IMG/VR virus record: IMGVR_UViG_2529292922_000011
Origin: a virus
Lineage: Duplodnaviria; Heunggongvirae; Uroviricota; Caudoviricetes
Strand: one strand, 5' to 3'
Length of the DNA stretch: 28,806 bases
Made by a program: the position numbers and the translations under genes. Position 1 is the stretch's first letter, and each line of letters opens with the position of its first letter. This document shows positions 1-8,130 of the stretch, one piece after another. The notes below the pieces were generated by a model. It was not told where the DNA came from and did not search any database. It saw only the letters and a program-made list of their open reading frames with translations.

Positions 1-10
1 AGTTATCAGA

Positions 11-40
11 GCCATCAGTACTTAACTGGTGGCTTTTTTT
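11..40 (+). terminator. Rho-independent terminator upstream of the lysis genes (tR'-like late terminator)
   Basis: Inverted repeat gccatcag / ctggtggc (one G-U pair) with 7-nt loop followed by a T7 run; sits directly upstream of the holin, where lambdoid phages place tR'. Confidence 0.4.
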
Positions 41-75
41 ATTGTTGTCAGCTTCCGGATAACGGGAGACGGGGT

Positions 76-291
76 ATGGACCAGATGGAAAAAATCACAA
101 CAGGTGTGTCATACACCACGTCAGCGGTGGGAACGGGCTACTGGTTCCTGCAGTTGCTGGACAGGGTTTCCCCGTCTCAGTGGGCGGCAATAGGCGTGCT
201 GGGGAGTCTGCTGTTTGGGCTGCTGACATATCTGACTAACCTGTATTTCAAAATCAGAGAGGACCGTCGTAAGGCGGCACGGGGAGAGTAA
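76..291 (+). CDS. Class II holin / pinholin, phage 21 S-like, with dual-start motif
   Basis: 71-aa product [11 protein letters not shown]...[24 protein letters not shown]...[13 protein letters not shown] closely matches phage 21 S (recalled from memory); two TM segments; Met codons at positions 1 and 4 as in the S21 antiholin/holin pair; GGAGA RBS upstream. Confidence 0.85.
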   Translation: MDQMEKITTGVSYTTSAVGTGYWFLQLLDRVSPSQWAAIGVLGSLLFGLLTYLTNLYFKIREDRRKAARGE

Positions 292-295
292 TTCA

Positions 296-646
296 ATGAC
301 TCAAAACTATGAACTGATTGTGAAAGGGATCCGCAATTTTGAGAATAAAGTTACGGTAACTTTAGCGTTACGGGACAAAAAACGCTTTGACGGTGAAATT
401 TTTGACCTGGACATCTCGCTGGACCGTGTTGAAGGTGCCGCGCTGGAGTTTTATGAGGCAGCAGCCAGAAGGAGCATCAGACAGGTCTTCCTGGATGTTG
501 CTGCCGGGTTATGTGAAGGGGATGAGCAGTCGCCGGAAAAGCGCCCCGTAATTTTAGAGGCGCAGAATGTATGGATAACCTACAAAGGAAAGCTACCGGG
601 AAGAATTACTGGTTCTCTGAAGACTCCTCCGGAATCACAACCTTAA
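296..646 (+). CDS. Hypothetical soluble acidic protein inserted between holin and endolysin
   Basis: 116-aa ORF on the same strand filling the gap between holin and endolysin; no TM segment; no family recognised by eye. Confidence 0.5.
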   Translation: MTQNYELIVKGIRNFENKVTVTLALRDKKRFDGEIFDLDISLDRVEGAALEFYEAAARRSIRQVFLDVAAGLCEGDEQSPEKRPVILEAQNVWITYKGKLPGRITGSLKTPPESQP

Positions 647-709
647 GTCACTGACCGGAACAGATAAACCTGTCCGTGGGCAGAAACCGATAAATCCTGA
701 TAAATATCC

Positions 710-1243
710 ATGAACGCAAAAATCAGATACGGCCTGTCGGCTGCCGTTCTGGCGCTGATTGCCGCTGGTGCGCCTGCGCCTGACATTCTCGACCAGTTTC
801 TGGATGAAAAGGAAGGTAACCACACCACGGCATACCGTGATGGCGCGGGTATCTGGACCATCTGCCGCGGTGCCATCCTGGTGGATGGCAAACCTGTCGT
901 TCCGGGCATGAAGTTGTCGAAGGAAAAATGCGACCGGGTTAACGCCATTGAGCGTGATAAGGCGCTGGCATGGGTGGAGAAAAACATCAAAGTGCCATTG
1001 ACCGAACCCCAGAAAGCGGGGATCGCGTCATTCTGTCCGTACAACATTGGTCCCGGTAAGTGTTTCCCGTCGACGTTTTACAGACGAATTAATGCAGGTG
1101 ATCGCAGGGGAGCATGCGAAGCGATTCGCTGGTGGATTAAGGACGGTGGCAGAGACTGCCGTATTCGCTCAAATAACTGTTACGGTCAGGTATTCCGTCG
1201 TGACCAGGAGAGCGCGCTGGCGTGCTGGGGAATCGACAGATAA
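710..1243 (+). CDS. SAR endolysin (phage lysozyme with N-terminal signal-anchor-release domain)
   Basis: N-terminal Gly/Ala-rich weak TM stretch GLSAAVLALIAAGAPA followed by an E...D...T catalytic arrangement (EKEGNHTTAYRDGAGIWT); pairing with a pinholin is the expected partner arrangement. Confidence 0.85.
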   Translation: MNAKIRYGLSAAVLALIAAGAPAPDILDQFLDEKEGNHTTAYRDGAGIWTICRGAILVDGKPVVPGMKLSKEKCDRVNAIERDKALAWVEKNIKVPLTEPQKAGIASFCPYNIGPGKCFPSTFYRRINAGDRRGACEAIRWWIKDGGRDCRIRSNNCYGQVFRRDQESALACWGIDR

Positions 1244-1337
1244 GCAGAATATTTTGCTGAAAAATGAGGTTGGCCAACGCGGGCGGATAACACGAAGTCC
1301 TGTGAACTGGCAAAACCTAAGTGAATAAAAGTAAAAA

Positions 1338-1372
1338 CCCCGTTTGTTGGCAGCAAGCGGGGTTTTGTTTTT
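1338..1372 (+). terminator. Rho-independent terminator after the endolysin
   Basis: 9-bp stem ccccguuug / caagcgggg (one G-U) with 7-nt loop, followed by ttttgttttt. Confidence 0.55.
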
Positions 1373-1535
1373 ATGGCAGTAAGCTATGGGAGGCTGCCTT
1401 GATTGATTTTAGCAAACTGATTAGGGAGTTGCGACTCATGATTAGTCAATTACCAAACTGGAAATTTTTGCTGGTCTGGAGCATCCCTTTTTTATGGGTA
1501 GTATCCCAGTTAATTGTGGCAATTAAGGGGTAGCT

Positions 1536-1667
1536 ATGTCAGACAAACTCATAACGCCGGCAAAGGTCCTGTGTGTGATTGTCGGTATTTCATTTTCACT
1601 AATGCTGGTTGCTCTTTTTCTGTCCCTCGCCTGGGTGATGTTGTCTTCGTCGGGGCTGCTGGGGTGA
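1536..1667 (+). CDS. Small hydrophobic single-TM peptide (43 aa), hypothetical
   Basis: ATG with AAGGGG RBS 5 nt upstream; product MSDKLITPAKVLCVIVGISFSLMLVALFLSLAWVMLSSSGLLG; its stop overlaps the next start (GTGA). Below the 60-aa cutoff of the supplied ORF track. Confidence 0.3.
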   Translation: MSDKLITPAKVLCVIVGISFSLMLVALFLSLAWVMLSSSGLLG

Positions 1668-1786
1668 CAGTGACTGATGACATCAGCAGAGCGCTGGCTT
1701 TTGCTATTAAGTGGGTGGCTGTTGGTATTGCTGTGTCTCCGATGCTGTATGGGCTGGCAAAACTGGTCATTGCGCTGAAATCGTGA
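1664..1786 (+). CDS. Small hydrophobic peptide (40 aa), hypothetical, GTG start
   Basis: Hydrophobic product ...ISRALAFAIKWVAVGIAVSPMLYGLAKLVIALKS; resembles the next peptide; start is coupled to the preceding stop. Confidence 0.3.
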   Translation: MTVTDDISRALAFAIKWVAVGIAVSPMLYGLAKLVIALKS

Positions 1787-1797
1787 ACTTTAAAAAG

Positions 1798-1884
1798 ATG
1801 AGTGCTGAACTTATTCGGGCAATGGCATTTGCCATTCGTATTGTGGCCATTGCTGTTCTGGTCTGGGCAATCCGTTGGTGGTGA
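1798..1884 (+). CDS. Small hydrophobic peptide (28 aa), hypothetical
   Basis: [28 protein letters not shown]; stop TGA lies 1 nt before the Rz ATG; resembles the previous peptide (RALAFAIKWVAVGIAV vs [16 protein letters not shown]). Confidence 0.3.
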   Translation: MSAELIRAMAFAIRIVAIAVLVWAIRWW

Positions 1885-1885
1885 T

Positions 1886-2380
1886 ATGAACCGTGTTCTG
1901 TGTGTGGTGATTATTGTCATGCTGGTAGCCTGTGGTGTGCTTAGTCTGGGGCTGAATCATTACCGCGATAACGCCATCACCTACAAAGCGCAGCGCGATA
2001 AAAAAGTCAGTGAGCTGAAACTGGCGAATGCCACTATTACTGACATGCAGCAGCGCCAGCGAGATGTCGCTGCGCTTGATGCCAGATACACGAAGGAATT
2101 AGCCGATGCGAGAGCTGAAAATGAAACTCTGCGCGCTGATGTTGCCGCTGGTCGTAAGCGCCTGCGGGTCAACGCCACCTGCCCCGGTACCGTGCGTGAA
2201 GCCACCGGCACCTCCAGCGTGGATAATGCAACCGGCCCCCGACTGGCAGACACCGCTGAACGGGATTATTTCATCCTCAGAGAACGGTTGATGACAATGC
2301 AGAAGCAGCTGGAAGGGGCGCAGGAATATATCCGCACTCAGTGCACTAAGCTGGCTTTTTATTATCCGGAGGATACATGA
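1886..2380 (+). CDS. Rz: Rz i-spanin (inner-membrane spanin subunit)
   Basis: [55 protein letters not shown]... is highly similar to lambda Rz (recalled); N-terminal TM segment plus coiled-coil periplasmic domain. Start is at an internal Met of the longer track ORF 1802..2380. Confidence 0.85.
   Translation: MNRVLCVVIIVMLVACGVLSLGLNHYRDNAITYKAQRDKKVSELKLANATITDMQQRQRDVAALDARYTKELADARAENETLRADVAAGRKRLRVNATCPGTVREATGTSSVDNATGPRLADTAERDYFILRERLMTMQKQLEGAQEYIRTQCTKLAFYYPEDT
2106..2291 (+). CDS. Rz1: Rz1 o-spanin (outer-membrane lipoprotein), embedded in Rz in the +1 frame
   Basis: [23 protein letters not shown]...[32 protein letters not shown] matches lambda Rz1, including the lipobox (VVSAC) and proline-rich region; fully nested in Rz. 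Confidence 0.8.
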   Translation: MRELKMKLCALMLPLVVSACGSTPPAPVPCVKPPAPPAWIMQPAPDWQTPLNGIISSSENG

Positions 2381-2601
2381 AGAAATTACGGGTAACCGTA
2401 GAACCTTGTCAGGGAACAATTCCGTTCCGTATTTTGCAGCGTGGTCGTGTTCTTGTTGAAGGTTCGTTCAGTGGTAAATGTACGCAATTACACTCCCGGA
2501 CCTTTCAGGTGAATGCCACGAATGAAGAGCTAACCGTGGAGTGTACGATGAATGCCGCTAAATGCCGCATGGTATCCGCTGCATTACAGCCAGTGTGTTG
2601 A
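2377..2601 (+). CDS. Hypothetical 74-aa protein, translationally coupled to Rz
   Basis: ATG overlaps the Rz stop (ATGA) and is preceded by GGAGGA; product carries 5 Cys; no family recognised. Confidence 0.4.
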   Translation: MKKLRVTVEPCQGTIPFRILQRGRVLVEGSFSGKCTQLHSRTFQVNATNEELTVECTMNAAKCRMVSAALQPVC

Positions 2602-2799
2602 GCGACCTTATTATCCATGCGCGGTATTGTCGCCGTATTCCTGCATTAACAGAGACCGCAGCCCGACAGGGAGACTCCTCTGCGCGAGTGTGCGGGGATA
2701 ATCAAAAACGATACACACCGGGGTTTACCGCGTTAACGGAGCGCGGCGTTGTCCCCTCATAGTCGCCTGTCCGGTGCGATGGTGGAAGAAACCGAACGT

Positions 2800-3000
2800 T
2801 CATTTCTCGTTATTTGTCATGCTGGCCGGGCGCAGATGCGTTGCATCTGTTGCCAGCCTTCTCCTGCAGGCTTCAATAACCCACGCTGAAAAGTTACCGG
2901 ACCCTTTATGCTCAAGGGCGATGTTGATCTGTTCAATTATGTGATTGGGGAAACGGATATTGCGGGTTGTGGTTCTGCGGGTCCGGTTTTTCGATGACAT
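2800..3000 (-). CDS. YlcI-like small prophage protein (DUF3950-like)
   Basis: MSSKNRTRRTTTRNIRFPNHIIEQINIALEHKGSGNFSAWVIEACRRRL... resembles the E. coli DLP12 YlcI family found between lysis and terminase genes. I chose the internal Met at 3000 because of the AAAGGAAAT RBS; the track ORF runs to 3060. Confidence 0.55.
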   Translation of the reverse strand: MSSKNRTRRTTTRNIRFPNHIIEQINIALEHKGSGNFSAWVIEACRRRLATDATHLRPASMTNNEK

Positions 3001-3041
3001 ATTTATTTCCTTTACTGATTGCCATATGACGGGGATTTTAC

Positions 3042-3407
3042 ATGGCTGAGCTTCGTACACTCCAGAGCAGAATCAAAACACTGAATACCCGACGGGTGAA
3101 TATTCTGAAGGGGGAGCAGCGTCGTGTCAGTGGCAGTGCACGTGTTTCCCTCAAGCGTCATATCTGGCTGAGGGACGCCGGGCAGTGCTGTATCTGTGGT
3201 CGTGTGGTTGACCTCTGTGACAGTGAACTCGATCACCGAATTGCACTTCAGTTCGGTGGTGGTAATGAGGAGACGAATCTTTGGACGCTCTGTGCCGAAT
3301 GCCATCGACAAAAGTCTGCTCGTGAAGCGGCGAGTGGTATGCCGGACCCGACGCTGCCGGAGGTGTCCGGAGGTAGTGGCAGAGAGGACGACATCATCGG
3401 ACTGTAA
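3042..3407 (+). CDS. HNH endonuclease (terminase-associated)
   Basis: Cys-rich HNH core CCICGR...DLCDSELDHRIALQFGGGNEETNLWTLCAECHRQK; lies immediately upstream of the terminase genes, as HNH proteins do in cos-type HK97-like phages. Confidence 0.85.
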   Translation: MAELRTLQSRIKTLNTRRVNILKGEQRRVSGSARVSLKRHIWLRDAGQCCICGRVVDLCDSELDHRIALQFGGGNEETNLWTLCAECHRQKSAREAASGMPDPTLPEVSGGSGREDDIIGL

Positions 3408-3500
3408 CCCAACCCGGGGGGGGTATCATCCGGCGTAAAAAACGATCGCTTTGGACACCGCGCCCCCTCTCACGCAGAGAAAAAATTCCCGTTTCAGGGC

Positions 3501-3626
3501 AGTTAACATGTTAACTGGCTGCCCGGGCATTTTTGCGGTTTTTATCTTTATTATTCAGTTTGTTGTGCGGAAAAAATGTTAACAGGCTTTTTCAGCAAAT
3601 GTTAACCGGGCAGCAGTTAACATTTG
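3501..3626. repeat. Cluster of ATGTTAAC repeats including a 16-bp perfect palindrome; candidate cos / terminase-binding region
   Basis: AGTTAACATGTTAACT at 3501-3516 (perfect palindrome); ATGTTAAC at 3576-3583 and 3599-3606; inverted copy GTTAACAT at 3616-3623. All lie in the 290-bp noncoding gap between HNH and the small terminase. Confidence 0.4.
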
Positions 3627-3697
3627 CGGCATGAGACGCCGGGAAAAATGGGCTGAACCATACCCGGCTGAGTGCGTTCTGGACCCGGGAGGAGGCT

Positions 3698-4261
3698 GTG
3701 CTGACAACGCAAAAACGAAAATTTGCGCTGGCGCTCATGTCCGGGAAAAACAAAACAGCGTCAGCCATTGCCGCCGGTTATTCGGCGAAGACCGCCAGGG
3801 TTAAAGGCTCGCAGCTGGCAAAAGATCCGGAGGTGCTTGCGTTTATAGCCCGTAAACAATGCGAGACGGTGGAGGTGGATGAGGTTCCTGTTTACCGGCA
3901 GAAAAAATCAGAGCAGGAGGATAAACCCCGTCGCCGTGAGGCGGCTGCAATACCACAGCCGGACGAAAACAATCCGGAGATGCCACCGTCCGCGGTGATG
4001 TCTCCTGGTATTGAATATATGGAGGATGGTCTTCCCGATCCGGTGAAAGCCATGGGGCGGATCCTGGTGGAAAACCTCTGCATTGATCCGAAACTGGCAC
4101 TGGATGCGGCCTGGCGTCTGGCGCAGTTCACGCACCATAAAAAAGGGGATACCGGGAAAAAATCGGCAAAAGGTGATGCCGCGAAAAAAGCGGCTAACCG
4201 TTTTGCGGTGCCACCGCCACCCCGACTGGTGGTGAATAACGATAATGAGGGCAACGGATGA
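3698..4261 (+). CDS. Terminase small subunit
   Basis: GTG start behind a strong GGAGGAGG RBS; N-terminal HTH-like region QKRKFALALMSGKNKTASAIAAGYSAKTARVKGSQLAKDPEV typical of small terminases; directly precedes and overlaps the large subunit. Confidence 0.8.
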   Translation: MLTTQKRKFALALMSGKNKTASAIAAGYSAKTARVKGSQLAKDPEVLAFIARKQCETVEVDEVPVYRQKKSEQEDKPRRREAAAIPQPDENNPEMPPSAVMSPGIEYMEDGLPDPVKAMGRILVENLCIDPKLALDAAWRLAQFTHHKKGDTGKKSAKGDAAKKAANRFAVPPPPRLVVNNDNEGNG

Positions 4262-5919
4262 TACCTGTATGGAGCACAGCCTGCCCGGACTGGGCAGAGC
4301 GCCTGAAAAAGGGGCTGTCGATTATTCCGGATCCGATTTATCCGGACGAGGCCGCACATGCCCTGGCGATTTTTAAACAACTGCGGATTGTGGATGCACC
4401 TGGTAGCCCTACGTTCGGGGAGTCCTGTGCACCGTGGGTGTTTGACCTGGTGGCGGCCCTGTTTGGCTCCTACGATGCGCAGACCGGTGTACGCCATATC
4501 AAGGAAGTTTTTATCCTTATCCCCAAGAAAAACTCGAAGTCCACGCTGGCCGCGGGGATCATGATGACTGCACTGTTACTGAACTGGCGGCAGGCGGCGG
4601 GTTACACGATTCTGGCCCCGACTGTGGAGGTGGCGGCCAACGCCTTCAACCCTGCCCGGGATATGGTACGACGTGACGATGATCTGGATGACCTCTGCCA
4701 GGTACAGACCCATATCCGGACCATCACCCACCGGGTGACAGACACCACCCTGAAGGTGGTGGCAGCCGATCCGAATACGGTGTCCGGTATCAAGTCCGTG
4801 GGTACGCTGATTGATGAGTTGTGGCTGTTTGGCAAGCAGTGCAAGGCGGAGGACATGTTACGTGAAGCCATAGGCGGCCTTGCCTCCCGCCCGGAAGGGT
4901 TTGTGGTGTATACGACCACCCAGTCGAATGAACCGCCCGCCGGGGTGTTCAGACAGAAACTGCAGTACGCCCGGGATGTGCGCGACGGCAAAATTCATGA
5001 TCCGCACTTTCTGCCGGTGATATTTGAACACCCTCCTGAAATGGTGGAAAGCGGGGCTCACCTGCTGATGGAAAACCTCGCCATGGTCAATCCTAATCTC
5101 GGCTATTCAGTGGATGAGGCCTTTCTGTACCGGGAGTACCGTAAAGCCCGGGAAGCCGGTGAAGAGACATTCCGGGGGTTCATGTCAAAACACGCCAATG
5201 TGGAAATTGGTCTTGCCCTGCGCTCTGACCGCTGGGCGGGGGCTGATTTCTGGGAAGAGCAGGGCCGTTGTATCAGCCTGGACGATATCCTGCGTCGTGC
5301 TGATGTGGTGACGGTGGGGATTGACGGCGGAGGGCTGGATGATCTGCTGGGGATGTATGTGATTGGGCGTGACCGGGAGACCCGCGAATGGCTGGGCTGG
5401 GGCCATGCCTGGGCGCATGAAACCGCGGTGGTCCGACGGAAGAGCGAGGCGTCCCGGTTTCAGGATCTTGTTGCCTGTGGAGATATGACCATTGTCCGGC
5501 GTGTCGGGGATGACACGGCGGAAGTGGCGGAATATGTGCGTCGCATTCATGAGGCTGAGTTACTGGACCATATCGGTATTGACCCGTCAGGGGTGGGGCA
5601 GATTCTGGATTCACTGGCGGAAGCCGGGATCCCCGACGGAATTGTGGTGGGGATAAGCCAGGGCTGGAAACTGGGCGGGGCCATTAAAACCACCGAGCGC
5701 AAACTGGCTGAAGGGGTGCTGGTGCATGGTGACCAGCCCCTGATGGCCTGGTGTGTCGGCAATGCCCGGGTGGAGCCTAAAGGTAACGCCATTCTTATCA
5801 CCAAACAGGCCAGTGGACGGGGAAAAATTGACCCGCTGATGGCGCTGTTCAATGCGGTCTCCCTGATGTCCCTTAACCCGGAACCGAAAAAGAAAGAATA
5901 TGCGGTTTTTTTCATATAA
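4258..5919 (+). CDS. Terminase large subunit
   Basis: 553-aa product with ATPase-type N-terminal region and nuclease-type C-terminal region (VVTVGIDGGGLDD...); position between small terminase and head genes. Confidence 0.9.
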   Translation: MIPVWSTACPDWAERLKKGLSIIPDPIYPDEAAHALAIFKQLRIVDAPGSPTFGESCAPWVFDLVAALFGSYDAQTGVRHIKEVFILIPKKNSKSTLAAGIMMTALLLNWRQAAGYTILAPTVEVAANAFNPARDMVRRDDDLDDLCQVQTHIRTITHRVTDTTLKVVAADPNTVSGIKSVGTLIDELWLFGKQCKAEDMLREAIGGLASRPEGFVVYTTTQSNEPPAGVFRQKLQYARDVRDGKIHDPHFLPVIFEHPPEMVESGAHLLMENLAMVNPNLGYSVDEAFLYREYRKAREAGEETFRGFMSKHANVEIGLALRSDRWAGADFWEEQGRCISLDDILRRADVVTVGIDGGGLDDLLGMYVIGRDRETREWLGWGHAWAHETAVVRRKSEASRFQDLVACGDMTIVRRVGDDTAEVAEYVRRIHEAELLDHIGIDPSGVGQILDSLAEAGIPDGIVVGISQGWKLGGAIKTTERKLAEGVLVHGDQPLMAWCVGNARVEPKGNAILITKQASGRGKIDPLMALFNAVSLMSLNPEPKKKEYAVFFI

Positions 5920-5981
5920 CCCTGTTCACACTGTAACCATCACGAACCGCTCCGGCGGTTTTTTATTTTCAGGAGGCTGAT

Positions 5982-7919
5982 GTGACTCTTAAACGGGCCT
6001 GTTCCCTGCTGACGGTGAAATCCTTCAGTGAGGATGAACGAGTGATCACCGGGATTGCGTCAACGCCTTCTCCGGATCGGGATGGTGACATCCTGGAGCC
6101 GGAGGGCGCGGAGTTTGGCAGTGCGATCCCGTTTCTCTGGCAGCATGACCATTCCCGCCCGGTGGGGCAGTGTACGGTGCGCCGGGTCAGCGAAGGGCTG
6201 GAAATCACGGCAACACTGGTGAAGCCCGTACCGGATATGCCGTCGCAACTGGCTGCCCGGCTGGATGAGGTCTGGGCGGCCATTAAGACCGGGCTGGTCA
6301 GGGGGCTGTCCGTGGGCTTCCGTCCCCATGAATACACCTTTCTGGACGGAGGCGGACTGCATTTTCTGCGCTGGGAACTGATGGAGGTGTCTGCCGTCAC
6401 CGTGCCCGCGAATGCGGAATGCACCATCCGGACCATTAAATCTTACGACCGCCCGTTTTCTGCCGCGTCCGGCAACCGGAAACCGGTGGTGAAAATCGCA
6501 TCTTCTGCCGGCGCTGCGGCACAGTCAACAACCGTTTTTCATAAGGAAAAGACCATAATGAATATTGGCGAACAGATTAAAAGTTTTGAAAACAAGCGTG
6601 CAGCGCTGGCAGCCTCCCTTGAGGAGGTCATGACCAAAGCCGCAGAGGAAGGGCGCACGCTGGATGTGGAGGAGGAAGAGCATTACGACAACACCGCAGC
6701 GGAAATCCGTCAGGTGGATGCGCACCTGAAGCGCCTGCGTGAACTGGAAGCCGGTAAGGCCGCCACGGCGCAGCCGGTGAAACAGGCCGGTAACGGGAAT
6801 GTGGCCGCGGTGGCTTCTGCGCCGGTGATCCGTGTGGAGCAGAAACTGGATAAGGGGATTGGCTTCGCCCGCTTTGCCAAATCGCTGGCTGCGGCTAAAG
6901 GCGTCCGATCTGAAGCCCTGGAAGTGGCCCGTCGTCAGTATCCGGATGACAGTCGTCTGCATCATGTCCTGAAATCGGCAGTGGGCGCGGGGACCACCAC
7001 GGATCCGCAGTGGGCAGGCAGCCTGTCTGAATATCAGGAATACGCACAGGACTTTATTGATTACCTGCGTCCGCAGACCATTATCGGGCGATTTGGTCAG
7101 GGCGGGATCCCTGCACTTCGTCAGGTGCCGTTCAATATCCGTGTGCACGCCCAGGTGTCCGGCGGTGCTGCCGGCTGGGTGGGTGAGGGTAAGGCAAAAC
7201 CCCTGACGAAGTTTGATTTTGAATCCATCACCTTCAGTCATGCGAAGGTGTCGGCCATTGCGGTACTGACGGAAGAATTGATCCGTTTTTCCAGTCCGGC
7301 TGCTGATGCACTGGTCCGTAATGCGCTGGCGGAAGCGGTGGTGGCGCGTCTGGATACAGACTTTGTGGACCCGAAAAAAGCCGCAGTGGCAGATGTCTCC
7401 CCGGCGTCCATCACCCATGATGTGAAGGGCACGGCATCAACCGGTAACCCGGATGCGGATGCAGAGGCTGCGTTTGGACAGTTTGTGGCAGCAAACCTGC
7501 AGCCCACCGGTGCGGTCTGGCTGATGTCCAGCACCAATGCCCTGGCACTGTCCATGCGTAAAAATGCGCTGGGTCAGAAGGAATACCCGGACATGACCCT
7601 GCTGGGTGGCTCCTTCCAGGGGCTGCCGGTGATTGTCTCCCAGTACGTGGGTGACCAGCTGGTGCTGGTGAATGCCCCGGATATTTATCTGGCGGATGAC
7701 GGAGGCGTGGCAGTGGATATGTCCCGCGAGGCATCACTGGAAATGCAGTCTGAGCCGACCGGCGACAGTACCACGCCGTCCCCGGTGGAGCTGGTTTCCA
7801 TGTTCCAGACAGGCAGCGTGGCCATCCGTGCGGAGCGCTGGATCAACTGGCGTCGTCGCCGTACCGCGGCGGTGGCGGTGATCACCGGAGTGAACTACGG
7901 CAGTGCGTCCGGCGGCTGA
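5982..7919 (+). CDS. Prohead protease - major capsid protein fusion (HK97-type)
   Basis: N-terminal ~170 aa carry prohead-protease motifs (GIASTPSPDRDGDIL, GLSVGF); from residue ~193 a coiled-coil delta domain followed by an HK97-fold capsid domain. One uninterrupted frame of 645 aa; internal AAGGAAAAG RBS plus ATG at 6558. Confidence 0.85.
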   Translation: MTLKRACSLLTVKSFSEDERVITGIASTPSPDRDGDILEPEGAEFGSAIPFLWQHDHSRPVGQCTVRRVSEGLEITATLVKPVPDMPSQLAARLDEVWAAIKTGLVRGLSVGFRPHEYTFLDGGGLHFLRWELMEVSAVTVPANAECTIRTIKSYDRPFSAASGNRKPVVKIASSAGAAAQSTTVFHKEKTIMNIGEQIKSFENKRAALAASLEEVMTKAAEEGRTLDVEEEEHYDNTAAEIRQVDAHLKRLRELEAGKAATAQPVKQAGNGNVAAVASAPVIRVEQKLDKGIGFARFAKSLAAAKGVRSEALEVARRQYPDDSRLHHVLKSAVGAGTTTDPQWAGSLSEYQEYAQDFIDYLRPQTIIGRFGQGGIPALRQVPFNIRVHAQVSGGAAGWVGEGKAKPLTKFDFESITFSHAKVSAIAVLTEELIRFSSPAADALVRNALAEAVVARLDTDFVDPKKAAVADVSPASITHDVKGTASTGNPDADAEAAFGQFVAANLQPTGAVWLMSSTNALALSMRKNALGQKEYPDMTLLGGSFQGLPVIVSQYVGDQLVLVNAPDIYLADDGGVAVDMSREASLEMQSEPTGDSTTPSPVELVSMFQTGSVAIRAERWINWRRRRTAAVAVITGVNYGSASGG

Positions 7920-8130
7920 GTCTGATAAGGAGGACGGGAGGCGTGCGCCTCCCGTAACAGGTTATGGCAAAGATCCGATATCTGCAGGGCACGCATGATG
8001 CCCGGGCCGGGGATATCCGTGATGTGGCACAGCCGTGTGCGGAGGTGCTGGTTCGCCTGGGAAAGGCGGAGTACATCACGGTGCGACGTCCGGCAGGTCA
8101 GAAAAAGAAACGAGATGCGGAGCATGGCGA

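Noticed and set aside
1047-1328. 93-aa plus-strand ORF overlapping the endolysin 3' end
   Set aside because: Alternative frame of the endolysin gene running through the terminator; no RBS and no family resemblance.
2562-2762. 66-aa plus-strand ORF after the 74-aa Rz-coupled gene
   Set aside because: Overlaps the end of the coupled ORF in another frame, lacks an RBS, and lies in a convergent intergenic region.
3501-3626. Possibility that the ATGTTAAC repeat cluster is a phage attachment site or replication origin
   Set aside because: Its position between HNH and terminase inside the late operon fits a packaging site better; integration and replication functions are expected elsewhere in a lambdoid genome. 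Not excluded experimentally.
6525-7418. 297-aa minus-strand ORF inside the protease-capsid gene
   Set aside because: Antisense to a well-supported capsid gene; Cys/His/Arg-rich composition typical of GC-rich antisense frames.
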